Under the pieces are notes generated by a model. It searched no databases, was not told where the DNA came from, and saw only the letters and a list, made by a program, of their open reading frames with translations. The position numbers and the translations under genes were made by a program. 64,000 bases of DNA from Felis catus (Eukaryota), in contig NC_058383.1 in assembly GCF_018350175.1 (NCBI RefSeq), positions 20,834,001-20,898,000 on the forward strand, written 5' to 3'. Positions 51,671 to 64,000 of this stretch are shown here, piece after piece; positions within the stretch are counted from its first letter, which is position 1, and every line of letters begins with the position of its first letter.

Positions 51671-53454
51671 GAGGAAAGGTCTCAAGTCAATAAGCTAAGT
51701 TCCTACCTCAAGAAACTAGAAAAAGGAGGACAAAAGAAACCCAAAACAAGCAGAAAAAAGCAATAAACAGAAGAGCATAAATCAAACTGAGAACAGGAGA
51801 ACAATAAAGAAATCAATGAAACAAAAAAGCTGGTTCTTTGGGGGGTGGGGGGAATCAACGAAATTGATAAAACGTAAGAAAACACTGGCAAAAATTAAAA
51901 AAAAGAGAAGACACAAGTCACCTATAGCGGAAATGAAACTGGAACTGTCCCTACAGATCTTGGAGCCACTTAACGATAATAAGAAAATACCAGAAACAAC
52001 TTTGCACTCATAAATTCATAGCTTAGAAGAACTGGACAGTTCCTCAAAAACCACAAACTATCAAAACTCAATGAAGACAAAACACAGAGTCCAAATAGTC
52101 CTATCGCCATTAAAGAAAGTGAATTCATAATTTTAACATTCCCCAAAAAGGAAATCTCCAGACCCCAATGGTTTCACTGGAGAATTCCAGAAAGACATTT
52201 TGAGGAGAATAATACCAACTGTACATAATCTCTTCTCCAAAACTCTTCTCCACTTCTCAAATCACTTTATGAGGCCAGTATTACCCTGTTGTTAAAAGGA
52301 AAGTGCACACAAAGACAATTATTAAAAAGGAAAACACAGATCAATATCTCTTATTGACTGAGATGCAAAAATCCTTAACAAAAATGTTAGCAAATTCAAC
52401 TATATATAAAAAGGATTATACGCCACGACCAAGTGGGATTTATTTCAGTGCGCGAGGCCAATTCAAAAATCGATCACTATAAGCCGCCCTATTATCAACA
52501 GGCTAAAAAAAGAAACTGATACAGCAAACCCATTTGACAAACTCCAACCCCACTCCTGATCAAAACACTCAGCACATTAGGAATAAAATGGAACTGAATC
52601 AACTTGATAAAGATCATCTACAGAAAGAAAGAAACAAACAAACAAAACAAACCAAAAAAACAAAAACAAAACAAAACAAAAAAACCATAGCTAACATCAT
52701 ACTTGATGGTGAAGACCATGTACTTTCTTACTAAGATCAGAAACGAAAGCAAAGATATCCACTCTCAACACGCTTATTCAAGAGAGCACTAGAAGTTCTA
52801 GCCACTGCACTCAGGCAAGGGAAAAAAAAGAATAAAAGCTGTACATAATGGAAAGGAAGAAATAAACCATCCCTACTTACAGATGGCATGATGGTTGACA
52901 CAGAAAATCCCAAGGAATCTCCCTCCCAAAACACTTCCAGAAGCAATATATGGGTTCATCAAGGTTGCAGAGTACAAGGTCAACACACACAAAACCAACT
53001 ACATGTTCCTATTAACAATGAACTTGTACAGACCCAAATTAAAGATGCGGTATCATTTACAACGGCTCCGGAGAAAATAAAATACTTAGTTATAAATTTA
53101 ACAAGACATGTACAGGATCTGTATGCTGGAAATTACAAAATGCTAATGAAAGTAATCAAAGAAGATCTAAATAAATGGAGAAACATATCATGTTCAGGAA
53201 TGGGAAAGACTCAAACACAGTAAAGATGTCAAGTCTCTCCAGGCTGATCTATAGATTTAATGAATTCCTAATCAAAATCCACACAAGGTTTTTGTAGAAG
53301 TGGACAAACATATTCTAAGAAAAATTATATGGCAAGGCAGAGGCTTTAGGATATTTTAAACAATCTTGGAAAAGAAAAGTGAAGTGGGAAGAATCATCCC
53401 TGTACAGTTACAATATCACAACTGTGGTTGGAGGAACAGACACACAGATCAATG

Positions 53455-53645
53455 GGCTCAGGTCACGATCCCACGGTTCGTGAGTTCGAGCCCCGCGTTG
53501 GGCTCTGGGCTGATGGCTCGGAGCCTGGAGCCTGTTTCCGGTTCCGTGTCTCGCTCTCTCTCTGCCCCTCCCCCGCTCGTGCTCAGTCTCTCTCTCTCTC
53601 AAAAATAACTAAAAACATTTAAAAATATTAAAAAAAAAAAAAAAA
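53455..53645 (+). mobile_element. 5'-truncated Can-SINE inside L1
   Basis: Starts at ggctcaggtcacgatc; no TSD seen. Confidence 0.9.
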
Positions 53646-55504
53646 ACAGGAGAAAATTTCCCCAGTCTTGGCTAGACCAAGAAAAAAAAAATCCTTAGGA
53701 ACCAAAAGCATGATTCATAAAAGGACATTCAGATAAACTTGATTTCATCAAAACACAAAACGTTTGTTCTGCAAAAAGCCCTGTGAAGAGGATAAAAAGA
53801 TGAGCTACAGCCTGGATAAAAAAAAAAAAAAAAAAAATCTGCAAATCACGTAGCCCACAAAAGACTACTATCTAGACTACATAAAGAACTCTCAAAAGTC
53901 AAGATTAAAAATCAAACAATCCAATTAGAAAATACGCACAGGACATGAACGGACATTTCCTCGAGGAAGATATACAAAAAGCAAATAAAGCGTGTGAAAA
54001 GATAATCAACATCATTAGCCATTCAGGAAACAAAGTAAAGCCACAATGAGGAAATCACTCCCCGCCCGCCTGAAAGGCTAGAATTAAACGCAGGGACGGC
54101 CCTAATGCTGGGGAGGATGCAGACAACTTGGGTCGCTCACGTTTCGCTGGTGGAAGAGGAAAATGGAATTCCACAAGAGTTAGAAAATTCCTTATAAAAC
54201 TTAACACGCGATTATCATATGACCCAGCGATTGCACTCGTGGGTATTTATCCCAGAGAAACCAATGTTCACACAAAACCCCATACGGGCGGGTTCATAGC
54301 AGATTTCTCTCTAGGAGCCAAGAGTAGAAACAGCTCAGAAGCCTTTCAACAGGTGAACAAATGGGGGTACCTCCCCCAAACACTGCTCAGCGATAAAAAG
54401 GAAGGGACTATGGCCATACACACAGCAACGTGGCTGAGTCTCCAGGGAATCGTGCTGAGTGAAGAAAGCCAACCTCAAAGCGTTCCATCGCAGCGTTAAG
54501 ATTCCGTTAACATGACATTGTTGAAACGACAGAACTAAAGAATCGGGGAACTGATTAGCAGCTCTCGGGGGTGGGGGATGATGTGAAGTCGTGCCAGGAG
54601 GGAATGGGTGTGGTCATAAAAGGGCACAGGACGCATCTTTGTGGTGATGGGGGAAATTCTGCATCTTGACTGCGGTAGAGGACTCACAAGCCCAGGCTTG
54701 TGATAAAACCGCACGCACAGCTAAATACACACACGCACACGCATACGCTCGCACACACCTAAAAGGGTCCAGGCAAAACGGGGCCAATCCGAATAAGATC
54801 GGTGAATTTTATCAATGCCAGTATCCTGGGTGCGATACTGTATTACAGTTCTGCAAGACGTCACCATGTTACCATTGAGGGAACCGCCCGAGGGGCAGCT
54901 GGGACCTCTCTGTGTCATTCCTTATCCCGTCAGTGAACTAGGATCATCTCAAAAGGTTCAGTTTAGAGAAATAAGTAAGAGAAGTCTTCGTTCTATGGAA
55001 ACTGGTGGTCTGCTGGGGAGGACAAACGTTCAAAGAAATAATTAACACTGAGTGTGTTAACTCCTGTGGACAAGGGCGTGCAGTCGACACAGATTTGGTG
55101 GATGTAACACCGACAAGTGATTTGAGAAGAAAACGGAGGCATGAGGAGTGTGGACTGATGTCCTGTCTCTGACGTGGAGACACACGCGCACACACACACA
55201 CACACACTCACATACACAGCGGAACCACCCTCAGCACAACCGACGTGGGGGAACTTGGTCCCAGCTCTGAACGCAAGGAAGGGTGCCATCTATTTGTGAA
55301 GTCTGCGAAACATTAGATGACACAGACAGCAGATGCGAGGGCACCGAAAGAAATTACCACAGGCAACTTCCTTTCTGGAAAGTATTGGGAGCAAGATGGA
55401 ACCCGGGAGAAATGGAACTGTACCCCCCCCCCAAGGCCTTTCTTAGAGACAAAGCATGGGAGGCTGGGGTATGGCAGGGTCCAATTTGGTAGCCAGGAGC
55501 GTCA

Positions 55505-55775
55505 AGAGAGGGTTACCTCGGTGACTCACTCAGTTGAGTGTCCAACTGACTCTTGATTTCCGCTCACGTCGTGATCTCACGGTTCATGAGTTCAAGCCCC
55601 ATCGGGGCAGAGCCTGTTTAGGATTCTCTCTTCTTCTCTCTCTCCCTCCCTCTTCTCTCTCTTTCTCTCCCTCTCTTTGTCTCTCTCTTTCCTTCTCTCT
55701 CTCTCTCTCTCCACCCTTACTCCACTCACTGTCTCTCTCACTCTCAAAATAAATAAATACACTGAAAAAAGAAAG
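55505..55775 (+). mobile_element. Can-SINE (diverged)
   Basis: Head remnant, long CT-rich region, tail. Confidence 0.85.
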
Positions 55776-56921
55776 AGAGAGGGGTCTCTATGGATCCTAC
55801 CACTTTGCCACCCGGCAATCAACGAGCTGATAGGACTGCCTTGGTCCCCAGAACCCCTTCCCATCCCCCCTGGTGCCACCCTAGGTCATCCTCCACTCCA
55901 GCTTGCGAAAATACTGTAACAACAACTGTAACGAACTATTAAACACTAATGTCAAGCATCAGCCAATGAATTAATAATAAGCTCATTAAACACATGATCT
56001 CATTCCCTCATAGGACAATCTCACAACACAGAAGACAAGAATCCCAACGGCGTGAGGGTGACCCAAAGAAAACCCTAGAGAAACGCCATGCAACTTGGGG
56101 GCAAATAAAAAGCTGGACTCCAGCTGTCTGTCCACATTTGAGGGTAAATTTAAAGGAGAACACCACCTCCACCACCGCAAGAGGCTCGTGAACGCTTGTC
56201 GCTTTCAGAGAGGATTTAAACATAACCTCCAACTAGCAGAGGAAGATCCTATTTTCAAGGAAAATTGCCCGGGAAATTTTCGATACCATCTGCTTTGGAC
56301 TCTCAAGGAAGTCGTAGAAAACACAGAACCTGTAGAATAGGAGGGACTCAGAAGGCAACTTACTGAGGGCGAAAATAAAGCGAAAGCTGACCCCGTGAAG
56401 GAATGATTTCAAGGGAAGAAACGAACGACTTCCGGAACTGAAACATTAAAGGTGGCAAAGAGCGGAATGGACAGTTCGGAAAATTTTAACACGTTGCTCG
56501 AGCAAAACACGAAGAAGCTTCTCCAGAATGCAAAAGAAAAGGGGGAGGCGGGGGGGGGGGGGGGGGTGGGGAAGAGAAGTCATTAGAAATTACTTTGGGG
56601 ATGGTTTCTATAGATCTGTGGATGACAGTGACGGCGCATAGGAACCGGAGTCCCTGAGGAAGAACACGGGACGGAAGGAACACAAACCAGATGACCCGGC
56701 ATGGAATGAGCTCGCTTAGCCCTCGGACTGTACACGAGGAAGCGGAGCCCTAGAGAAACCAGGTGCTTGCCCACTCCCTTGCCAGACAAGTTAGGAACTT
56801 GCTTATCAAGCCTATGGAGCAGAGCTGGAGAGAAAGAAAGTAAAAAAGACGAAATGCAGAATGGAAGTGCTCCCGGAAATGACGGTCCTGCACCACAGGC
56901 AGACGGCGAAAATAAAGCAAC

Positions 56922-56953
<32 letters not shown>

Positions 56954-57249
56954 CTTAATACTTTGTCCTCCCACGGGAGGGGCAGGGACCCTGGTCAAAT
57001 GCAAAGCAGTACAAATTAAACTGGTAGCAATCTCCTGCACCTCAAGCAGGAAGATGCCGGAAACAAGGAAACAAAGTATGCGGTTCCAATGAGACCGCGG
57101 TTGTAACCTGGGGATTGCACCCTCAAGCTGAAACGCTTGTGAAAGCAACAAAAAAGAAACTCTCTGGCAGGAAGGGAGGAAGGAGATGAAGTCCTCAGGT
57201 ACTTATCGGGGAGGGAGGTGGGGTGGTGGGGATAAAATATAAGAAGACT

Positions 57250-57935
57250 GGGGCGCCTGGGTGGCGCAGTCGGTTAAGCGTCTGACTTCAGCCAGGTCAC
57301 GATCTCGCGGTCCGTGAGGTCCATGAGTTCGAGCCCCGCGTCGGGCTCTGGGCTGATGGCTCAGAGCCTGGAGCCTGTTTCCGATTCTGTGTCTCCCTCG
57401 CTCTCTGCCCCTCCCCTGTTCATGCTCTGTCTTTCTCTGTCCCAAAAATAAAATAAATGTTGAAAAAAAATATATTTAAAAAAAAAAAAAAAGAAGACTA
57501 AGTAAAATAAGGGATGCGTTTTAAAAATGAGAAGAGAGGGCCCCTGGGTGGCTCAGTCAGTTGAGCGTCCAACTTCGGCTCATGATATCAGTTTGTGGGT
57601 TCGAGCCCCACATCGGGCTCTGTGCTGACAGCTGGGAGCCTGGAGCCTGCTTTGGATTCTGTGTCTCCCTCTCTGCCCCTCCCTGCCTCTCAAAAATAAA
57701 TGAACGTTAAAAAAAATAATTTAAAAATTAAAAATAGGCGCACCCGAGTGGCTCAGTCAGTTAAGTTAAGCATCTGATTCTTGGTTTCAGCTTCGGTCAT
57801 GATCTCCAGGTCGGTGAGTTCAAGCCCCTCATTGGGCTCTGCCCTGACAGCTGGAGCCTGCTTAGGATTCTCTCTCTCTCTCTCTCTCTTCCTCCCCACC
57901 CCCAACATAAATAAATAAAACTTAAAAAAAATAAA
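57250..57935 (+). mobile_element. Cluster of three Can-SINEs (57250-57493 young type, 57537-57735, 57737-57935)
   Basis: Three heads and tails; the first has TSD aagaagact. Confidence 0.92.
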
Positions 57936-58889
57936 GATAAAAAACACAAATAAAAACCTCACTTGCAGGGAGGGCGTGTCATAAGAGAATCCAAAGACAG
58001 TACTCTGTCCTGAAAACATCTACACGTGAAGCTCTCCTGACCTCCTGCCTGCACCTCACACAATGCTCTGCCTGGAAAATATTCGGTGCTCGAGAAATGT
58101 CTGCTCCGTCATATTTAATGATGCTACGATGGAAGAATTCTCATTAAAGTCAAGAACGAGAAAAGGAAATTGTCTATTCTTAGTTAACGTCCTCTCGAAA
58201 CTGTCAGCAGTATGAAAATGTTGGATGAAACAATACTGTATAAATACTGGAAAAGAAGCAACTATATCATCACCTGTGGATCACGCTATGCTACTCACAA
58301 ATCCGAGAGAGAGTCCAGTGCAAACTTGCGACAGTTTTTCAGTAGGGAGTCGAGGCCATGTTATATATATATACATATACACACATAATATGTGTATTGT
58401 TACTGTGTATATGTATGCATGTGTATATATGTAAGTTACTGTGTATAAAATTCAATATCTGATTTCCTTATATGGCAACAGTATCTGGTTAAAAAGCCGA
58501 ACATGTGATTTTCACACAGTAACAACAAAAATATAAAACACCTTTGAAGCAACTTCACAGAAAAATGCCCGTAACCCCCGAATGAAAAATATTTTCCTTT
58601 TGATGGACAATATAACAAAATACACTGTTACCCACGACAGGTTCTTAGATGGGACAACTTAATTCTGCATCAACTTTTAGTCTTTAAACATTAATCTGCA
58701 AACCTAGTCGCAGTACGTAAAACTCCAAAGTCATTTTATACGGAACTTAGCCACCTGATTCTAAGATCACCAAGTAATAAGCAGATCAGAGTAGTCCCTC
58801 AAAAATTTGGAAAAAAAATAATAAGGAAAGAGAGGCTGCACTGTTAGAGAATAAAATATAAGGGGGCAGTAAAAGAAAAAAGAGCATGC

Positions 58890-59635
58890 AACTCTTGAGA
58901 TCTCAGGGTCGTGAGTTCAAGCCCCATGTGGGGTGTAGAGATCGCCTGAAAAAATAAACGCTTGGGGCGCCTGGGTGGCCCCGTCCGTTCAGGGTCTAAC
59001 TACTGATTTCAGCTCACAGTCGTGAGATCGAGTCCCGAGTCAGGCTCCAGTGTGAAGGCTGCTCGGGATTCTCTCCCTCTGTTCCTCCCCTGCTTTCATC
59101 CTTTCTCTCTCCCCTAAATAAATAAATATAAAAACCTTTTTTAAAATTTAGGGGCGCCTGGGTGGCGCAGTCGGTTAAGCGTCTGACTTCAGCCAGGTCA
59201 CGATCTCGCGGTCCGTGAGTTCGAGCCCCGCGTCGGGCTCTGGGCTGATGGCTCGGAGCCTGGAGCCTGGTTCCGATTCTGTGTCTCCCTCTCTCTCTGC
59301 CCCTCGCCCGTTCATGCTCTGCCTCTCTCTGTCCCAAAAATAAATAAACGTTGAAAAAAAAATTAAAAAAAAATAAAATAAAATTTAAACAACTAGCCTT
59401 TATAAAACATTTGAAACAGGGGCGCCTGGTGGCTCGGTCAATTAAGCGTCCGACTTCGGCTCAGGTCATGATCTCACAGTTCATGAGTTTGAGCCCCGCA
59501 TCGGGCTCTGTGCTGACAACTCAGAGCCTGGAGTCTGCTTGGATTCTATGTCTGTCTGTCTCTCTCTTTTTGTCCCTTCCCGGCTCACACTCTGTTTCTT
59601 TCTCTCTCTCTCAAAAATAAATAAACATTTAAAAA
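58890..59635 (+). mobile_element. Cluster of four Can-SINEs/fragments (58890-58940, 58964-59140, 59151-59385, 59419-59635)
   Basis: Successive insertions into A-rich tails. Confidence 0.9.
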
Positions 59636-60244
59636 CTGTCTCATAAAATACTAAGAACCAAAAAAGGGGGAGGGGCAAAAAATGACATCCAGAAGAGAAA
59701 AATGTGAATGGTCAATAAACATTTAAGATGTGTAACCTCACAAATAACAAAAGAATGTGTGCTTGAATAAGGGTGAAATACGTCATTTCTCTCTCCTCTG
59801 GTACAATCTGATCATATTCTATCTCCAGCCAGAGTATAAAGAAATAGGGACTCTTACACCAGTAAGCAGAAGTAAATTTTAGTACAATCCTTCTGGAGAG
59901 CAATGAAATGTGTCAAATTTTATATGTGCATGCCCATTTACCAGCAATTCTGCTGCTGGGAAATTGTCATAGAGAAAGGCCTGCACAAATACAGCACTCA
60001 GACAAACAGGGGCGAGGATTTTCGATGCACAGCTATCATCGTAATAATAAAAAAAAAAAAAACCTGCAACAGCTTAAATGCCTCTGATATCAAATAAATT
60101 AGGATGCATCATCACAATGGAATAATATATACTATGTTGCAAGCCAGTGTGGCTCAGAACTGCCTAAATAGTATCTGTGATAAATCAGCAAGACACCAAG
60201 TTACTCCGCAGTAGGGACAGCTCATCTGTGTGTGCAAATGTTAA

Positions 60245-60435
60245 CCGCGGCTCTCAACCCGGGTCCCCACACCAATGGCATCGGGATGACCAGGGACCTC
60301 GTCTGAAATGCAAATTCTCAGGCTTCCCCCCACACTGACTGAATCATACATTTTAGGGGTGGAACTCAGAAATCTGTGTTTTATCAAGCCCCGCGAGCCA
60401 CTCTAATGCATGTTCAAGTTCGGAAAACCACTGGC
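60245..60435. mobile_element. MER5A-type hAT DNA transposon
   Basis: gctctcaacc..aaatgcaaattctcagg..actgactgaatca..aatctgtgttttatcaagccc..aaaaccactgg. Confidence 0.75.
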
Positions 60436-61187
60436 GAACCTTGAAAGGGAACGCCACACGGAACCTAACAGTGGCTTCTGGTAGCAGTTTCATGGGAAGA
60501 TTTATCCTCTCCCCTTTGTATATTTCTATGATCCCACTGACATGCATCGCATCATAGGTCAGAAAAGGAAATTACTTCCATCAGAGAGAGAAAGCGGGAA
60601 AGGGAGGGAAGGAGGGAGGGAAACGGGGAGAGAGAGAGGCAGAGAGAGACAGAGACACAGAGAGAGACTGGCCAACAGAAAAATGGACAAGAGATTCACC
60701 TGAGGGATGCCATCCCCATGAAAAAGCCAGACAATTCCTAAGAAAGGTAGGTTGTAAACATCCAAGTTGACCAGAATTAAAGCTGTACTAAAGTTTGACA
60801 ACTTTTTCCGCTCACCAAACAAACAGCACTGAGAAATATCACAGAACTGAACGGAGTCAAAGGTGTAGTATGCTCTCACAGGTTCCCGGCAAAATGAGAG
60901 GGCTGGAAATCTATAGCAAACGTGTAAAACTGGGCATATGTTTGACCCAGTAATCCCCACACTAGGGATTTCTTCCAGGCAATATTTGAGGGCATGTTTT
61001 CCCTCGATCATAGTAAGAAAAGTTATTTGAAAGCATCCTAAATAGTCTACAGTATAAACTTGACTGAAAGAAGTCTGTGATAGTCTCACGAATACAAATG
61101 TGGTTGCCAGAGAGGGGTGGGCATGGGTGAAATAGGTGAAGGGGATTAAGATATGTAAACTTCTAGTTCCAAAACAAGTAAGTCACA

Positions 61188-61705
61188 AGGGCGCCTGGGT
61201 GGCTCAGTCGGTTGAGCGTCCGACTCTCGATTTCAGCTCAGGTCACGATCTCACAGTCACTGAGATCTTGCCCCGCGTCGGGCTCTGCACGGAGCGTGGA
61301 ACCTGCTTAAGATGCTCTCCTCTCTCTACCTCTGCCCCTTTCCTCTGCTCGTGCTCTCTCTCTAAAAAACAGTAAATACGTAAAGAAACCAGTCAGTCCC
61401 AGAAATGAAAAGCGCAGCAGAAGGGCTAGCGTCAACGATCGCGTGCTAATGTTGTAGGGTGACAGAAAGAGACGACACTTACCATGGTGTCGCCTGGGTG
61501 GCTCAGTCGGTTAAGCGTCCAACGTCAGCTCAGGTCATGATTCCCAGTTTGTGAGTTCAAGCCCTGTGTTGGGCCCTGTGCCGACAGCTCAGAGCCTGGA
61601 GCCCGCTTCAGATTCTGTGTCTCCCTCTCTCTCTCTGCCCCGCCCCCCCGCTCAAGTTCTGTGTCTCTCTCAAAAATAAATAAACATTAAAAAAGATTTT
61701 TTTAA
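61188..61705 (+). mobile_element. Two Can-SINEs (61188-61380, 61488-61705) within an L1 3' UTR fragment
   Basis: Heads and tails. Confidence 0.9.
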
Positions 61706-62225
61706 ACAAATAAAGAGTCATTGTATGCTTACGGTATGTGGCTATGCTCTCTTTTCCCTGTGCCTTAAAACCTTTGATATATCAGACAGGTGCAGCTATG
61801 TTAGCCTGGATCCCAGAGTAGATAAGTTGTGGGCATGATTACAGCGGAGCCAAAACAGAGCGAACGTGAGCTGTAAAACTGGGTGGTGGTGAAGTCAGAG
61901 ACCTTGGGGTCGACTTGTTACTGTAGCATACCTTAGTATGAACTGACTGATACACCACTCTATCCCTGCTTTCCTAGCTGGAGACCCACTTAACACAAAG
62001 AATCATTTCCTCCTAGAAGCTCTGTGGCCACTCTGTATTCTCACAGAGAGAGAAGCTGATCTGGGTACATCTTTCTTACTGAAGTGGAGAGAGTTTCTTT
62101 ATTCTCCTTTGGATTAGATGACTTGCATCAGGGTCCCTCTCCGGAGTGGAATGGCAGACTGATTTCGTTGCCCCTTCCTCCTACTCAAGATTACCACAAG
62201 ACGTACATCAAAACCCATCTCCCTG

Positions 62226-62422
62226 AGGCGCCTGGGTGGCCCAGTGGGGTTGAGCGTCTTGACTTCAGCTCAGGTCACGATCTCATGGTTCATGAGTTCT
62301 AGCCCCACATCAGGCTCACAGGTGTCCACGCAGAACCCACTTGAGATCCTCTGTCCTCCTCTCTCTGCCCCTCCCCCAATCGTGCTCGCTCGCTCTCTCT
62401 CAAAAATAAATAAAACGTTAAA
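62226..62422 (+). mobile_element. Can-SINE
   Basis: Head and tail. Confidence 0.88.
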
Positions 62423-63166
62423 AGAAGACCCTCTCCCTTTCTTCCTACATGTCACAGGACTTCTCCTGTGAAGGCAAGCCAGGAGAAGCCATCGATAACT
62501 TCACCTGCAGAAAACACAGTAGGGCTTCAGCCAAAACACGACAACACAGGAAATCCCTTCTTCCAGTCGATCCTCGAGGGCTCCTGGTTTCTCAAGCCTT
62601 GCATAACGAATCTTACAGTTTGAGTAACACTGTCTTCCAAGAATCCGGCATTCCGGCTGTTATTCACAGTTCTACCCATTGACAACAAAGCATAGTTGGT
62701 GCTGGCAATGAGACGCAAGCATCTGTTTTCTGAATGGTTGATGAGCAGTACTTTTGGACCTTTGCAAACCTATCACTTCCTTAGTGCAGGGGACGCCTTG
62801 AAAGGAAGTGAAAATACAGGGGCAGGGGGCGGGGGGAAAGGGGTTGAGAACAGTCAAGAGGCAGCAGTCACAACAACAGGGGCATTACTGTTATTAGAAA
62901 GCTGACAAGCTCTTACTGGATGGCATGTAGCGTTCTAAGCTCCTCACGGGCATGGAATTCTTCGGTGATTCCTAACTTACCTGAGAATAAGGTACAATTT
63001 ATTATCTGTACTTTAAGGGTGACAAAATAGAAGATTAAACAGGTTAACTTGCAAAGAGTCGTAATTCAGTGGAAGGTTGGGAGTCTGAATGCAAGGCTCT
63101 TAATATCAGAGCCCAAGTACCTAGTCATCACGTTATACTGCCTGAGATTAAAAATACAAACAAATA

Positions 63167-63280
63167 GGGGCGCCTGGGTGGCGTCTCTCTCTGTCCCAAA
63201 AATAAATAAACGTTGAAAAAAAAATTAAAAAAATTAAAAAATTAAAAAAAAATTAATTAAAAAAATTAAAAAAAAAAACA
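63167..63280 (+). mobile_element. Internally deleted young SINEC_Fc-type SINE
   Basis: GGGGCGCCTGGGTGGCG joined directly to tctctctctgtcccaaaaataaataaacgttg; long tail; TSD aaaaa(t/c)acaaacaaat. Confidence 0.85.
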
Positions 63281-64000
63281 CAAACAAATGAAACTACTTG
63301 GAAATTCTTCCACATCTAGAATCTTCTTTCAAGAAAAGGAGCATGGAGGAAACGGAGACAAACTTAAGGGTCGAGGTGGTCTTTGTTTGGGTCCAAACAA
63401 TGGCACTTTTTGACTCTGTGATCTGGAACCACCCACCATACTCACACCTGAAAGACGTTACCTCGTTCACACAATGAGGATAATGATTCTCATTTTGCAA
63501 GGTTTCAGTGAAAACAGAAAATGGGAGGAGATGGAAACAACAACTATGAACTCTAAAATGCTAATTGTCACTGATAATAACTCATCTTTGCAATGGCATA
63601 ATTGGTGGCTCAGTGGCAACAGTGAACTGATATCGACCAGCATTATTAGACCACAGACGGGAAATCTGTGTATAACACCAAATTCCAAGCATCCCGTTTC
63701 TTCTAAAGTGGAATAGCGTGAAGCAGACCAACACTCCCACCAAGAGCCATGATAAAAGCCAATAACGTATCAAAATTCATCTGTTTGAAAGCATCGGTGT
63801 GTTTCTATGGCAGCCAGAATTTAAAATTCAGACCCCAGAGAGAAGGAAAGCTCGCAAAGACGAGCCCAATTGTCTGCATGCTGATGTTTTCCACAGGATA
63901 TTTGTCAAAATTACTGGCACAGGTTAAGAAGCTGAAGGAATAGGCAAAGGCAATTGTTGCAAGGGAGGCAAACCAGCAGAGACAGAGGCAACTGCATGGG

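Larger units (their letters stand above)
50880..54980 (+). mobile_element. Old L1 (L1MC/MD-type) spanning ORF2 endonuclease to 3' UTR, with SINE insertions
   Basis: acagaaaatcagcaaggata, ccagaccccaatggtttcactggagaattc; ORF2-like YLVINLTRHVQDLYAGNYKMLMKVIKEDLNKWRNISCS; L1MC-like 3' UTR. Confidence 0.88.

Noticed and set aside
60559..61089. 176-aa minus-strand ORF
   Set aside because: Antisense to old L1 fragments and a GA-rich simple repeat
1598..62471. Dozens of 60-140 aa ORFs with GAWVAQSV, SLSLSLSQK or RERERE motifs
   Set aside because: Translations of Can-SINEs, not genes
1..64000. tRNA genes, CRISPR arrays or prokaryote-type systems
   Set aside because: tRNA-like A/B boxes are all SINE heads; no regularly spaced repeat-spacer array; the DNA is mammalian

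Overview
Mammalian genomic DNA, almost certainly a felid: it carries about 50 carnivore tRNA-derived Can-SINEs, including the young felid SINEC_Fc-type variant (GGGGCGCCTGGGTGGCGCAGTCGG...CAGCCAGGTCACGATC). It also contains old and young L1 fragments, MaLR/ERV LTRs, MIR/L2 relics and hAT MER elements. Most ORFs in the supplied track are repeat-derived or chance. Three non-repeat signals stand out. (1) A heavily decayed Toll-like-receptor fossil on + (~21200-25870), readable as many LRR motifs, then LRR-CT, a hydrophobic segment and TIR boxes 1-3. (2) An ancient near-full-length processed pseudogene of TRAF7 on + (~38467-41640), split by a SINE-in-SINE and an MLT1 LTR. (3) A chain of minus-strand GT-AG exons (44081 to 19804) that splices into one open 276-aa frame I cannot name; the two fossils would sit antisense in its introns. 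Repeat boundaries and subfamilies were assigned by eye and are approximate.
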